NCBI GenBank assembly: GCA_037478635.1
Contig: JBBFMI010000002.1
Coordinates: 1 to 32,839 of the forward strand
Reading direction: 5' to 3'
DNA: 32,839 bases
DNA from: Candidatus Geothermincolales bacterium
GTDB taxonomy: Bacteria > Actinomycetota > Geothermincolia > Geothermincolales > RBG-13-55-18
Under the pieces are notes generated by a model that worked only from the letters and a program-made list of their open reading frames with translations, did not search any database and was not told the origin of the DNA. This document shows positions 1 through 8,048 of the stretch, in pieces; positions within the stretch are counted from its first letter, which is position 1, and every line of letters starts with the position of its first letter. A program made the position numbers and the translations under genes.

Positions 1-53
1 AAAACGGTGGACAGCCAGGGAAATGATCGATGAACGGTTAAGTCGGAGGCGAT

Positions 54-935
54 ATGGATTACATAGACGGAAAGACCCAGTTGGTAGGACTCATCGGTTA
101 CCCCATCGATTACACCTTTTCGCCCACCGTTCATAATGCTGCTTTCCGGGAAATGGGTCTCAACTGGGTTTACGTGCCCTTGCGTGTTTCGCCTGGCAGA
201 TCGGAAGAGGCCGTCAAAGGGCTTGAGGCCCTCGGGTTTCGAGGGGCCAACGTGACTATACCTCACAAGGTGGAAATTGCGCGTTATCTTGACCGCCTGG
301 ATGGTGATGCAAGACCCCTCGAGGCGGTCAATGCCATTAGCGTGGACGCGAACGGGCTCACGGGGTTTAACACCGATGCCGAGGGTTTTGCCAGGTCGCT
401 CGAGGAATCGGGAGTTGAGGTGAAGGGAGAGACAGCGCTGGTGATAGGAGCGGGAGGTGCCGCCCGGGCCGTCGTGCTGGCCCTGGCGAGAATGGGGGTG
501 GCGAAGGTATACGTGGCCAACAGGACCCAGAAGAGGGCCGAAGAGATGGCATCCCGGTTAAAGGGGTTTATCCCGGGTACCGAAATATCTATACGAAATC
601 TCGACCGAGAGGGATTGAAGATCGCGAGGGAGTGCGGCCTGGTGGTGAACAGCACGCCCCTCGCTGCCGAAGATGAGGGCGAGATCCCCATCGATTACTC
701 GTGCTTCGAGAGAGGCATGTGGGCCGTGGACCTGAATTATTACCTGGAGGCCACGGCCTTTCTCCGGGCGGCGGCGGCCCGGGGGGCAAGGGTGTTGAGC
801 GGCGAGGGGATGTTCATCCACCAGGCTGCCCTCTCCTTCCGATTGTGGACGGGGATGGAAGCCCCGGTGGATGCCATGAGGAAAGCGTTCAGGGAAAGAT
901 TGAGAAAGGATTGGAACAGAGGGCCGAGGATTTAA
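54..935 (+). CDS. aroE: Shikimate 5-dehydrogenase
   Basis: 293-aa ORF with substrate-domain motifs LIGYPIDYTFSPTVHNAAF, NVTIPHK and NTDAEGF, and the glycine-rich NADP loop GAGGAARAV. ATG at 54 is preceded by GGAGG at 44-48. Confidence 0.9.
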   Translation: MDYIDGKTQLVGLIGYPIDYTFSPTVHNAAFREMGLNWVYVPLRVSPGRSEEAVKGLEALGFRGANVTIPHKVEIARYLDRLDGDARPLEAVNAISVDANGLTGFNTDAEGFARSLEESGVEVKGETALVIGAGGAARAVVLALARMGVAKVYVANRTQKRAEEMASRLKGFIPGTEISIRNLDREGLKIARECGLVVNSTPLAAEDEGEIPIDYSCFERGMWAVDLNYYLEATAFLRAAAARGARVLSGEGMFIHQAALSFRLWTGMEAPVDAMRKAFRERLRKDWNRGPRI

Positions 936-966
936 AGGTCACAAGGAAGAGAGGAGAGGTTTCTCT

Positions 967-2634
967 ATGCAGAAACCTAAGGGAGAAAGGCTCGGGCAGC
1001 TTCTCATAAGGCACAAGATTATCACCGAGGAGCAGCTTCAGCAGGCCCTGGAGAGGCAGAAGGAAACCGGGGAGCCATTGGGTCGTATCCTGGTGGACAT
1101 GAAGCTGGTCAGCGAGGGGGCGCTCACCAGCATTCTCGCCCGCCAGATCGGGATGAGATATGTGGATCTTTCCAATTACGACGTGGACGTCTCTGCGTGT
1201 TCCCTCATCGATGCCGAGCTTGCCAGGAAATATGTCCTGATACCCATAGGATTTGAAAAGGACAAGCTCCTGGTGGCCACGGCGGATCCCACCAACGTAG
1301 TGGCCCTGGATGACGTGAGGATCATGACCGGCATGGAAGTGGAGCCGGTGGTGGCAACCAAGGACGACATAATCTCGGCCATCAACCGTTATTGTCGGTC
1401 TGCCACCGACCTGGAGATAACGCCCGATTCTACTGAGGCGGAGATCCCTCAGGTGGAAGGCGAGGCGGAGCCGGATGATGCCCCCATAGTGAAGTACGTG
1501 AACCTGCTTATATCCGAGGCGGTGGCAGATCGGGCGAGCGACGTGCACATAGAACCGATGGAGAACGATGTCCGCATCAGGTTCCGAATCGATGGGGTAC
1601 TCCACGAGGTGCGTCGTAACCCCAAACAGATCCACCCCGCCGTCGTGGCCAGGATAAAGGTCATGGCGGACATGAACATTGCCGAGAAAAGACTCCCCCA
1701 GGATGGACGGACCTCGGTGGAGATAAGGGGAAAGCCCGTGGATATCCGGGTGGCTTCCCTTCCCACCATCCACGGGGAGAAGGTGGTCATGAGGATCCTG
1801 GACAAGAGCATGTCCCTCATGAGCCTGGAAGAACTGGGTTTTTCCGAGGAAGGACTTGCCAAGTACTCGAAGAGCTTCAATAAGCCCTATGGGACAATCT
1901 TGGTCACCGGTCCTACCGGTAGCGGCAAGACCACCACCCTTTACGCCACCCTGAACGTTCTGAACACCATAAAGAAGAACATCATCACCGTGGAGGACCC
2001 GGTGGAGTATCGCCTTCCCCTCATCAACCAGGTACAGGTCCATTACAAGGCGGGCTTGACCTTCGCTGCAGCCCTCCGGTCCATCCTCAGGTGCGACCCC
2101 GATATCGTCATGATCGGCGAGATACGAGATCCGGAATCGGCCCAGATAGCCATTGAGTCGGCCCTTACCGGGCACCTGGTGCTTTCAACCCTTCACACCA
2201 ACGATGCTCCCAGCGCGCTGACCCGGCTTTTGGAGATGGGTATCGAGCCCTTCCTCATTGCTTCGGCGGTGGACTGCGTCACTTCCCAGAGGCTGGCGAG
2301 GAGACTGTGCGAGAGGTGCAAAGAGCCCTACGAGCCAGACCCGGAATTCCTCGAGAAGGTAGGACTTCATTTCAATGAGGGAGAGAGCCCGGTCATCTAT
2401 CGGGCCAGGGGTTGCCCGGCATGCAATAACACGGGTTATCGGGGAAGGGTCGGAATATACGAGGTCTTGGAGGTAACCGAGAACATCGAGTACCTTGTGG
2501 CCAAGAACGCTCCCCACGTGGAGATCGCCGAGATGGCGAGGAAGGAAGGGATGAAAACCCTCCGGGAGGAGGGCTTCGAAAAGGTAAAACAGGGTATCAC
2601 CTCGGTGGAAGAGGTGCTGAGAGTCATAATGTGA
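967..2634 (+). CDS. pilB: Type IV pilus assembly (extension) ATPase, GspE/PilB family
   Basis: 555 aa. N-terminal T2SSE_N/MshEN-like helical domain, Walker A GPTGSGKTTT, Walker B/Asp box DPDIVMIGEIRD, His box LVLSTLHTNDA, tetracysteine zinc motif CERC...CPAC. RBS GGAGAGG lies upstream of the ATG. Confidence 0.9.
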   Translation: MQKPKGERLGQLLIRHKIITEEQLQQALERQKETGEPLGRILVDMKLVSEGALTSILARQIGMRYVDLSNYDVDVSACSLIDAELARKYVLIPIGFEKDKLLVATADPTNVVALDDVRIMTGMEVEPVVATKDDIISAINRYCRSATDLEITPDSTEAEIPQVEGEAEPDDAPIVKYVNLLISEAVADRASDVHIEPMENDVRIRFRIDGVLHEVRRNPKQIHPAVVARIKVMADMNIAEKRLPQDGRTSVEIRGKPVDIRVASLPTIHGEKVVMRILDKSMSLMSLEELGFSEEGLAKYSKSFNKPYGTILVTGPTGSGKTTTLYATLNVLNTIKKNIITVEDPVEYRLPLINQVQVHYKAGLTFAAALRSILRCDPDIVMIGEIRDPESAQIAIESALTGHLVLSTLHTNDAPSALTRLLEMGIEPFLIASAVDCVTSQRLARRLCERCKEPYEPDPEFLEKVGLHFNEGESPVIYRARGCPACNNTGYRGRVGIYEVLEVTENIEYLVAKNAPHVEIAEMARKEGMKTLREEGFEKVKQGITSVEEVLRVIM

Positions 2635-2734
2635 TGATAGGATCTGTAACGGACCGCATGGGCTGAAGGGGTATGGCTGATTTCTCAGTAGGCAGGGGTT
2701 CGATTCGCGTGGTTAGGAAGGAGGACTGAGGGCA

Positions 2735-3799
2735 GTGGCCAAGCTGGATATCAACGAGCTCCTGGAGGAAGTGCTGGTAAGGGGCGCGTCCGACCTGCAC
2801 ATAACCGTGGGAGCGCCCCCGGTGATGAGGATCAACGGGGTGCTACAGAGGTTGGAAGAATACCCCCGGCTGACGGCCAACGACACCCGGGAGATGGTCT
2901 ACAGCATCCTCACCGCCCGCCAGAGGGAAATGCTGGAGACCAACCTGGAATACGATCTTTCCTATTCTGTGCCGGGAAGTGCTCGCTTCAGGGTCAATGC
3001 CTATTTCCAGAGAAACAGTATCGGCGCCGCATTCCGGATAATACCCTATCGCATCAAGACCCTGGAGGAGTTGAACCTTCCGCCCGTGTTGAAGGATTTC
3101 TGCATGCTGCCCCGGGGCTTCATCCTGGTGACGGGCCCAACCGGGCAGGGAAAGTCCACTACCTTGGCCTCCATGATAAACATCATCAACGAGACCAGGA
3201 ACCTGCACATCATCACGGTGGAGGATCCCATCGAGTTCCTGCACGTGCACAAGAAGTGCATCGTCAACCAGAGGGAAGTGGGAAGTGACACCCACAGCTT
3301 CGCAAATGCCCTGAAGTACGTCTTGCGACAGGACCCCGACGTGATACTGGTGGGCGAGATGAGGGACCTCGAGACCATTTCCACCGCCCTTACCGCGGCG
3401 GAAACGGGGCACCTGGTCTTCGCCACCTTGCACACCCAGGACGCCCCCCAGACCATCGACCGTATAATAGACGTCTTTCCCACCTACCAACAGCAGCAGG
3501 TGCGCATGCAGTTGGCGGGCACCATCCAGGCCATTATCACCCAGCAGCTGCTTCCCACCAAGGACGGGAAGAGCAGAGTCCCCGCTGTGGAGATCATGGT
3601 GGCCACCTCTGCTATCAGGAACCTGATAAGAGAGGCCAAGACCCACCAGATCTACTCGGCCATGCAGGCTGGTGGCCAGTACCATATGCAGACCATGGAC
3701 CAGTCCATAGCCGCCCTGTACAAGAAGGGCATCATCTCCTACGAAGTGGCCGTGGCCCACTGTCACAACCGCGATGAGCTGGAGAGGATGATATCCTGA
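2735..3799 (+). CDS. pilT: Twitching-motility (retraction) ATPase PilT
   Basis: 354 aa with GASDLHI, Walker A GPTGQGKSTT, DPDVILVGEMRD, FATLHT and the PilT-specific AIRNLIREAKTHQI motif. GTG start is preceded by AGGAAGGAGG. Confidence 0.9.
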   Translation: MAKLDINELLEEVLVRGASDLHITVGAPPVMRINGVLQRLEEYPRLTANDTREMVYSILTARQREMLETNLEYDLSYSVPGSARFRVNAYFQRNSIGAAFRIIPYRIKTLEELNLPPVLKDFCMLPRGFILVTGPTGQGKSTTLASMINIINETRNLHIITVEDPIEFLHVHKKCIVNQREVGSDTHSFANALKYVLRQDPDVILVGEMRDLETISTALTAAETGHLVFATLHTQDAPQTIDRIIDVFPTYQQQQVRMQLAGTIQAIITQQLLPTKDGKSRVPAVEIMVATSAIRNLIREAKTHQIYSAMQAGGQYHMQTMDQSIAALYKKGIISYEVAVAHCHNRDELERMIS

Positions 3800-3836
3800 C
3801 CGGGTGTACATTTACGAGGTGGGTTCCGAGCCTATA

Positions 3837-4754
3837 ATGGCCGTTCTCGAGGTAAGGGATCTGAGGAAGAAATACACCTCCCTCGGGGGCAAATCGAGGG
3901 AGGCCCTTAAGGGGCTATCCTTCCAGGTGGAGGAGGGAAGCGTCACCGGCTTGCTGGGGCCCAACGGGGCGGGCAAGACCACGACCCTGAAGATCCTGGT
4001 GGGCCTCGTCAGGCCGGATGCTGGCTCGGTGAAGGTACTGGGCCGGGATTGGTGCGTGGACGTGCTCCGGGAGATCGGGTTTCTACCCGAGCAACCCTAC
4101 TTCGAATACTACATGACCCCCCGAAGGCTGCTCCGTTTCTACGGGAGGTTGCTGGGCCTGGAGGAGGACCACCTTCCGGGGAAAGTTGGACACGTACTGA
4201 ACCTGGTGGGATTGGAAAGGGAGGCCGATCTACCCCTGGAGAAATTCTCCAAAGGAATGCTCCAGAGGGTGGGCTTGGCCCAGGCACTGTTGGGAGACCC
4301 AAGGCTGCTCATCCTCGACGAACCCTCCTCGGGTTTGGACCCTCTCGGCCGAATCCAGGTTAAAGAGCTCATAGCGGAGATGAGGGAGAAAGGCGTTGCC
4401 GTGCTGCTCAGTTCCCACCAACTCTCCGAGATCGAGGAGATCTGCGACAGGGTGGTGATGCTTTACGGGGGCAGGGAAGTGGCGGCAGGGACTTTGGACG
4501 AACTCCTTTACCGGGGCGATGAGGTGGAGATACGGCTCAAGGATGGCATTCCGGCTGGACTTGCGGAAAAATTGAGGAACCATGTTCTCTCGGAAGACAA
4601 GGGCAAGCGGACGTTCGTGGTGAAAAGGGCTGTTCAGAGTGACGTTCTCAGGTTGCTTACGGAAAGCGGCGTGGAGGTGGAAGAGCTGAGGCCTCGCCGC
4701 ATCAGCCTCGAGGAATTCTTCCTTTCCCGCTTGAGGGAGGCGAGGGAAGATTGA
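3837..4754 (+). CDS. ABC transporter ATP-binding protein (ABC-2 type partner)
   Basis: Walker A GPNGAGKTT, signature variant FSKGMLQRV, Walker B LLILDEPSSGLD, H-loop SSHQL. Start taken at ATG 3837 (MAVLEVRDLRKKY); GTG 3804 is an alternative start. Confidence 0.85.
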   Translation: MAVLEVRDLRKKYTSLGGKSREALKGLSFQVEEGSVTGLLGPNGAGKTTTLKILVGLVRPDAGSVKVLGRDWCVDVLREIGFLPEQPYFEYYMTPRRLLRFYGRLLGLEEDHLPGKVGHVLNLVGLEREADLPLEKFSKGMLQRVGLAQALLGDPRLLILDEPSSGLDPLGRIQVKELIAEMREKGVAVLLSSHQLSEIEEICDRVVMLYGGREVAAGTLDELLYRGDEVEIRLKDGIPAGLAEKLRNHVLSEDKGKRTFVVKRAVQSDVLRLLTESGVEVEELRPRRISLEEFFLSRLREARED

Positions 4755-5530
4755 AGCGTGTGATTACAGTGGCCGGCGAATACCTGATGGAGGTAGCCCA
4801 CCATAAAGCTTATTACGGTGTTGCCGCGGCCGTTGTTATCCTCACCCTGATGTTGCCATTCTTGCCCACGGCTGGCGTGGGTATCCAGCTGGATCTCTTT
4901 CGCGAGGCTTCCCTCGGCTTGGGATTGATAATGACCCTGCTTATCGCCTTGGTACTTGGCTCCACGGCCATGAGGAACGAGATGAACAGGAGGACCATAT
5001 ACAACTCCCTGTCGAAGGGGGTGAGGCGGGAGGAATACTATCTCGGGAAGTTCGTGGGAATATGCGCGGCCCTATTGTTATCTTTATTCTTTTTCTGGCT
5101 GGTGGTATTGATCATTGTCCTCATCCGGTTCCAGTTGTTCAACCCCGGTTTGGCCAAGGCCTTCTTCACCATATGGCTTGAGGGATGCTTGGTGGCCTCC
5201 ATCTGCCTTTGGGCCTCCATGTACTTCCATCCATTCATATCGGTGCTTATCGGGACCCTTTTTTACGTGGTAGGACACGTAAAAGGCCATGTCCTGTACA
5301 GGGCGATGACCTCACCTGATTCCAACCTGGTGGGAAGGGTGGTCGCTGGCTTCTTCTACTTTGTTCTGCCCAATCTCGAGAAGCTTAACATAAACGAGAC
5401 GGTTGCCCATGGCGAAAGGGTTTTCCCGGTAGGGGCCGGGAAACTGGCATTGCTCACGGGTTTGGCTCTTTCTTTCGTCGCGGTGTTCGTCCTTTTGGGG
5501 ATGGTGTCTTTCCGTTCCAGAGACCTGTGA
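4751..5530 (+). CDS. ABC-2 family integral membrane permease
   Basis: 259 aa and strongly hydrophobic, with several predicted helices. The motif MRNEMNRRTIYNSLSKGVRREEYYLGKFVG resembles the conserved N-proximal loop of NosY/GldF-type ABC-2 permeases. The TTG start overlaps the ATPase stop (TTGA), suggesting translational coupling; the exact start is uncertain. Confidence 0.7.
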   Translation: MKRVITVAGEYLMEVAHHKAYYGVAAAVVILTLMLPFLPTAGVGIQLDLFREASLGLGLIMTLLIALVLGSTAMRNEMNRRTIYNSLSKGVRREEYYLGKFVGICAALLLSLFFFWLVVLIIVLIRFQLFNPGLAKAFFTIWLEGCLVASICLWASMYFHPFISVLIGTLFYVVGHVKGHVLYRAMTSPDSNLVGRVVAGFFYFVLPNLEKLNINETVAHGERVFPVGAGKLALLTGLALSFVAVFVLLGMVSFRSRDL

Positions 5531-6258
5531 AGAACATGGTCCGCAAGAGGATGGCTGTCGTGGTTTTACTGGTCGCCCTTTTATGCGTAGCCGGGGCGTT
5601 CCAGGCTCTTCACGATCGGGAGATGGATGGAGGGCCCGGGGTCGGGAACGGTTTTCTCCCCGCGGATGCCCTTGTCTCAGCCCTGGGCGGAATAAGGCAG
5701 TACTTGGCATATGTCTTTTTCATAAAGACGGACAACCTCCACCACGCTTATTACGGTTCCATCGAACATGCGGCAGAAGTGCTCCCCTATCTCATCGCTG
5801 TGTCCTATCTGGACCCAGGCTATGTGGATGCCTTTTATGTCGGGTCGGAAATCTTGTACGACCTGGGAAGGCGTGAGGAGGCCATCCAGTTCAACATGAG
5901 GGGGCTGGAGTCAAACCCGGAATCCGGCGATCTTATGGCGTCGCTGGCCGATATATATCTAAGGGAAAAACGCTACCGGGAGGCCGCCGAGCTTTTCCGC
6001 GAGGCGTTAAGGGCGAAAGACAAGAAGATATTGAGCGAGGATTTCTTGCACATGGGCCTCGTGGCATCCCTCAAGGCGATGGGCGACGTGGAAGGGGCTT
6101 TACGGGCCCTGGAAGAAAGGATATCTCATTTGAATACGATACTTGCCAGCGAAGACCTGGATTGGGAAACCCGCGCAGGGTTGGTGAAGGGGATAAACGA
6201 CCTGGAGAACCAATGGGGGGAGATGATTAAGATACAGGTCGAAGGACATTCAAGATGA
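5527..6258 (+). CDS. Membrane-anchored TPR-repeat protein
   Basis: 243 aa. N-terminal hydrophobic anchor MAVVVLLVALLCVAGAF, with no good lipobox. This is followed by helical repeats of TPR character (EEAIQFNMRGLESNPESGDLMASLADIYLREKRYREAAELFREALR). The GTG start overlaps the permease stop (GTGA); ATG 5536 is an alternative start. Confidence 0.6.
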   Translation: MKNMVRKRMAVVVLLVALLCVAGAFQALHDREMDGGPGVGNGFLPADALVSALGGIRQYLAYVFFIKTDNLHHAYYGSIEHAAEVLPYLIAVSYLDPGYVDAFYVGSEILYDLGRREEAIQFNMRGLESNPESGDLMASLADIYLREKRYREAAELFREALRAKDKKILSEDFLHMGLVASLKAMGDVEGALRALEERISHLNTILASEDLDWETRAGLVKGINDLENQWGEMIKIQVEGHSR

Positions 6259-6309
6259 AAGGTTGAATGAACGATAAAGAGATAAAGTACTGTGATGACC
6301 GGTTCAAGG

Positions 6310-6340
6310 TTGTGAAAAATGTCGGGATTGTTGTATAAAT
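6310..6340 (+). promoter_or_regulatory. Candidate sigma70-like promoter upstream of pilC
   Basis: TTGTGA at 6310-6315 and TATAAA at 6334-6339, separated by 18 nt, in the AT-rich 121-nt gap between the TPR gene and pilC. This is a motif-level guess only. Confidence 0.3.
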
Positions 6341-6379
6341 TAATAATCTTCAGGGGAAGAGGAAGAAGGTGAGGGGGCT

Positions 6380-7606
6380 TTGGCCAATACCTACACTTAT
6401 AGGGTAAGGGACAGGCAGGGAAGGATCATCACGGGCACCCTGGAAGCGGATAACCAATCCGCAGTTACCCAGAAACTGCGGGAGATGGGTTATTTCATCA
6501 TCCAGGTGGAAGAAGAGAAGCCATCCCTTGCCAAGAAGGAAATCAGGCTGTTCAAGCCGAAAGTAAAGCCCAAGGATGTCACGGTTTTCACGAGGCAGTT
6601 CGCCACCATGATCAATGCCGGTCTCCCATTGGTCAAGTGCCTGAGTATCTTGGGAGAACAGACCGAGAATCCTGTGTTGCGAGAGGTGATAGAAGATATA
6701 AGGCACGAGGTGGAGATGGGTCGGTCCCTCTCCGATGCCATGGCCAAGCACCCCCATGTTTTCAAGGAACTATATACCAGCATGGTCAGGGCAGGGGAGA
6801 TCGGGGGTGTTCTGGACGACGTATTACTCCGGATCGCCACCACGCTGGAAAACGACGAGGAAATCAGAAGGCGCATCAAGTCAGCCTTGACCTATCCGGT
6901 GGCCATGTTCGCCATTTCTATCATACTCCTCATCGTCATGCTCATCTTCGTGGTCCCGACCTTCGAGAAGATGTTCTCGGAGATAGGGGCCACCATGCCC
7001 GCTCTTACCAGGTTCGTGATGGCGCTCAGCCGTTTCCTGACCGGATGGGGCGGGTTGGTGGTACTGGCCATCCTGGTGGGCGGCTTCGTGACCTTCGGTC
7101 GGTGGATCCGGACTCCTGCCGGAAGGAAGTTTCTTGATGGACTCAAGCTGAAACTTCCCGTTTTCGGTCCCCTGGCTCACAAGATTTCCATTTCCCGGTT
7201 TTCCAGGACCCTGGGGACGCTGGTGGCCAGCGGCGTGCCCATACTGCAGGCCCTCGATATCACGTCCAAGACCGTGGGTAACGTGCTGGTGGCGGAGGCG
7301 GTGAACACGGTGAGGGCGGGAGTGAAGGAGGGAGAGTCTATCGCCCGCCCGCTTAGCCAGAGCGACCTTTTCCCGCCCATGGTGACCCAGATGCTGGCCA
7401 TTGGTGAGGAGACGGGGGCGCTCGATACCATGCTCAACAAGGTATCCGATTTTTACGATTCAGAGGTAGCGTCAACCGTGGAGGCCCTGACATCGCTTCT
7501 CGAGCCCCTGCTCATCGTCTTCCTGGGAATAGTTGTGGGAACCATCGTGCTTTCTCTCTACATGCCCATATTCTCCCTCATCAGCCAGTTCACCAGGGCT
7601 GGTTAA
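6380..7606 (+). CDS. pilC: Type IV pilus platform protein PilC (GspF family)
   Basis: 408 aa with N-terminus MANTYTYRVRDRQGRIITG typical of PilC. Two T2SSF repeats (FTRQFATMINAGLPLVKCL and FSRTLGTLVASGVPILQAL) and three hydrophobic segments. TTG start is preceded by GAAGGTGAGGGGG. Confidence 0.9.
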   Translation: MANTYTYRVRDRQGRIITGTLEADNQSAVTQKLREMGYFIIQVEEEKPSLAKKEIRLFKPKVKPKDVTVFTRQFATMINAGLPLVKCLSILGEQTENPVLREVIEDIRHEVEMGRSLSDAMAKHPHVFKELYTSMVRAGEIGGVLDDVLLRIATTLENDEEIRRRIKSALTYPVAMFAISIILLIVMLIFVVPTFEKMFSEIGATMPALTRFVMALSRFLTGWGGLVVLAILVGGFVTFGRWIRTPAGRKFLDGLKLKLPVFGPLAHKISISRFSRTLGTLVASGVPILQALDITSKTVGNVLVAEAVNTVRAGVKEGESIARPLSQSDLFPPMVTQMLAIGEETGALDTMLNKVSDFYDSEVASTVEALTSLLEPLLIVFLGIVVGTIVLSLYMPIFSLISQFTRAG

Positions 7607-7815
7607 GAGAGAATCAATAGGTGTTGTTATTAGAGGGCTGGAATGTGGGGGGTTATCCCCTGTTGATAGTAAAAAGTGTGTATATCTGCATCTTCATGTT
7701 CAGGTTGTTGGGTTTGTTAAAAAGTGCTAAAGTTATTTAAAAATGATGGCGAAATTAACTAGTGTGAGCATCGAAAGGAAATCGGCGTTGTTTTTCTATC
7801 GCAGGGAGGTCGTTG

Positions 7816-8034
7816 GTGGAGGGAGATCGCCCGACAAAGCGGGACAAGCTGGGCCATCGATTATTGACCGTGAGCGAGGTGGCCAATATTTTAAGGGTGT
7901 CCAACATGACGGTTTACCGGCTGGTAAAATCGGGCCAGTTGCCCGCGATAAAGGTGGGCAAGAATTATCGTATTAAGGAGAGCGACGTGAATGAATTTCT
8001 GGCCCGGGGCGTGGTAAAGCCCGAGAAAAGTTGA
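7816..8034 (+). CDS. Small stand-alone helix-turn-helix DNA-binding protein, excisionase/MerR-like family
   Basis: About 72 aa. LLTVSEVANILRVSNMTVYRLVKSGQLPAIKVGKNYRIKESDVNEFL matches the excisionase-family HTH pattern (TIGR01764-like). GGGAGG RBS lies 6 nt upstream of GTG 7816; TTG 7813 is an alternative start. There is no effector domain. Confidence 0.75.
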   Translation: MEGDRPTKRDKLGHRLLTVSEVANILRVSNMTVYRLVKSGQLPAIKVGKNYRIKESDVNEFLARGVVKPEKS

Positions 8035-8048
8035 TTCAGGGGGTTGGG

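Noticed and set aside
889-2175. 428-aa ORF on the minus strand covering most of pilB
   Set aside because: It is entirely antisense to a gene with unmistakable PilB motifs. Its translation is Gly/His/Arg/Pro/Leu-rich with no recognisable domain and no RBS. This is a typical shadow ORF in GC-rich coding DNA.
2843-3811. 322-aa minus-strand ORF antisense to pilT
   Set aside because: Same reasoning: it overlaps a strongly supported PilT gene, has low-complexity G/H/L/V/D composition and no motif support.
7607-7812. Searched the post-pilC gap for a short pilin/pseudopilin gene (class III signal peptide, G-F/M-T-L-I/V-E)
   Set aside because: No frame encodes such a motif or a hydrophobic N-terminal helix. 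The 77-aa ORF at 7743-7976 overlaps the HTH gene in another frame and looks non-coding.
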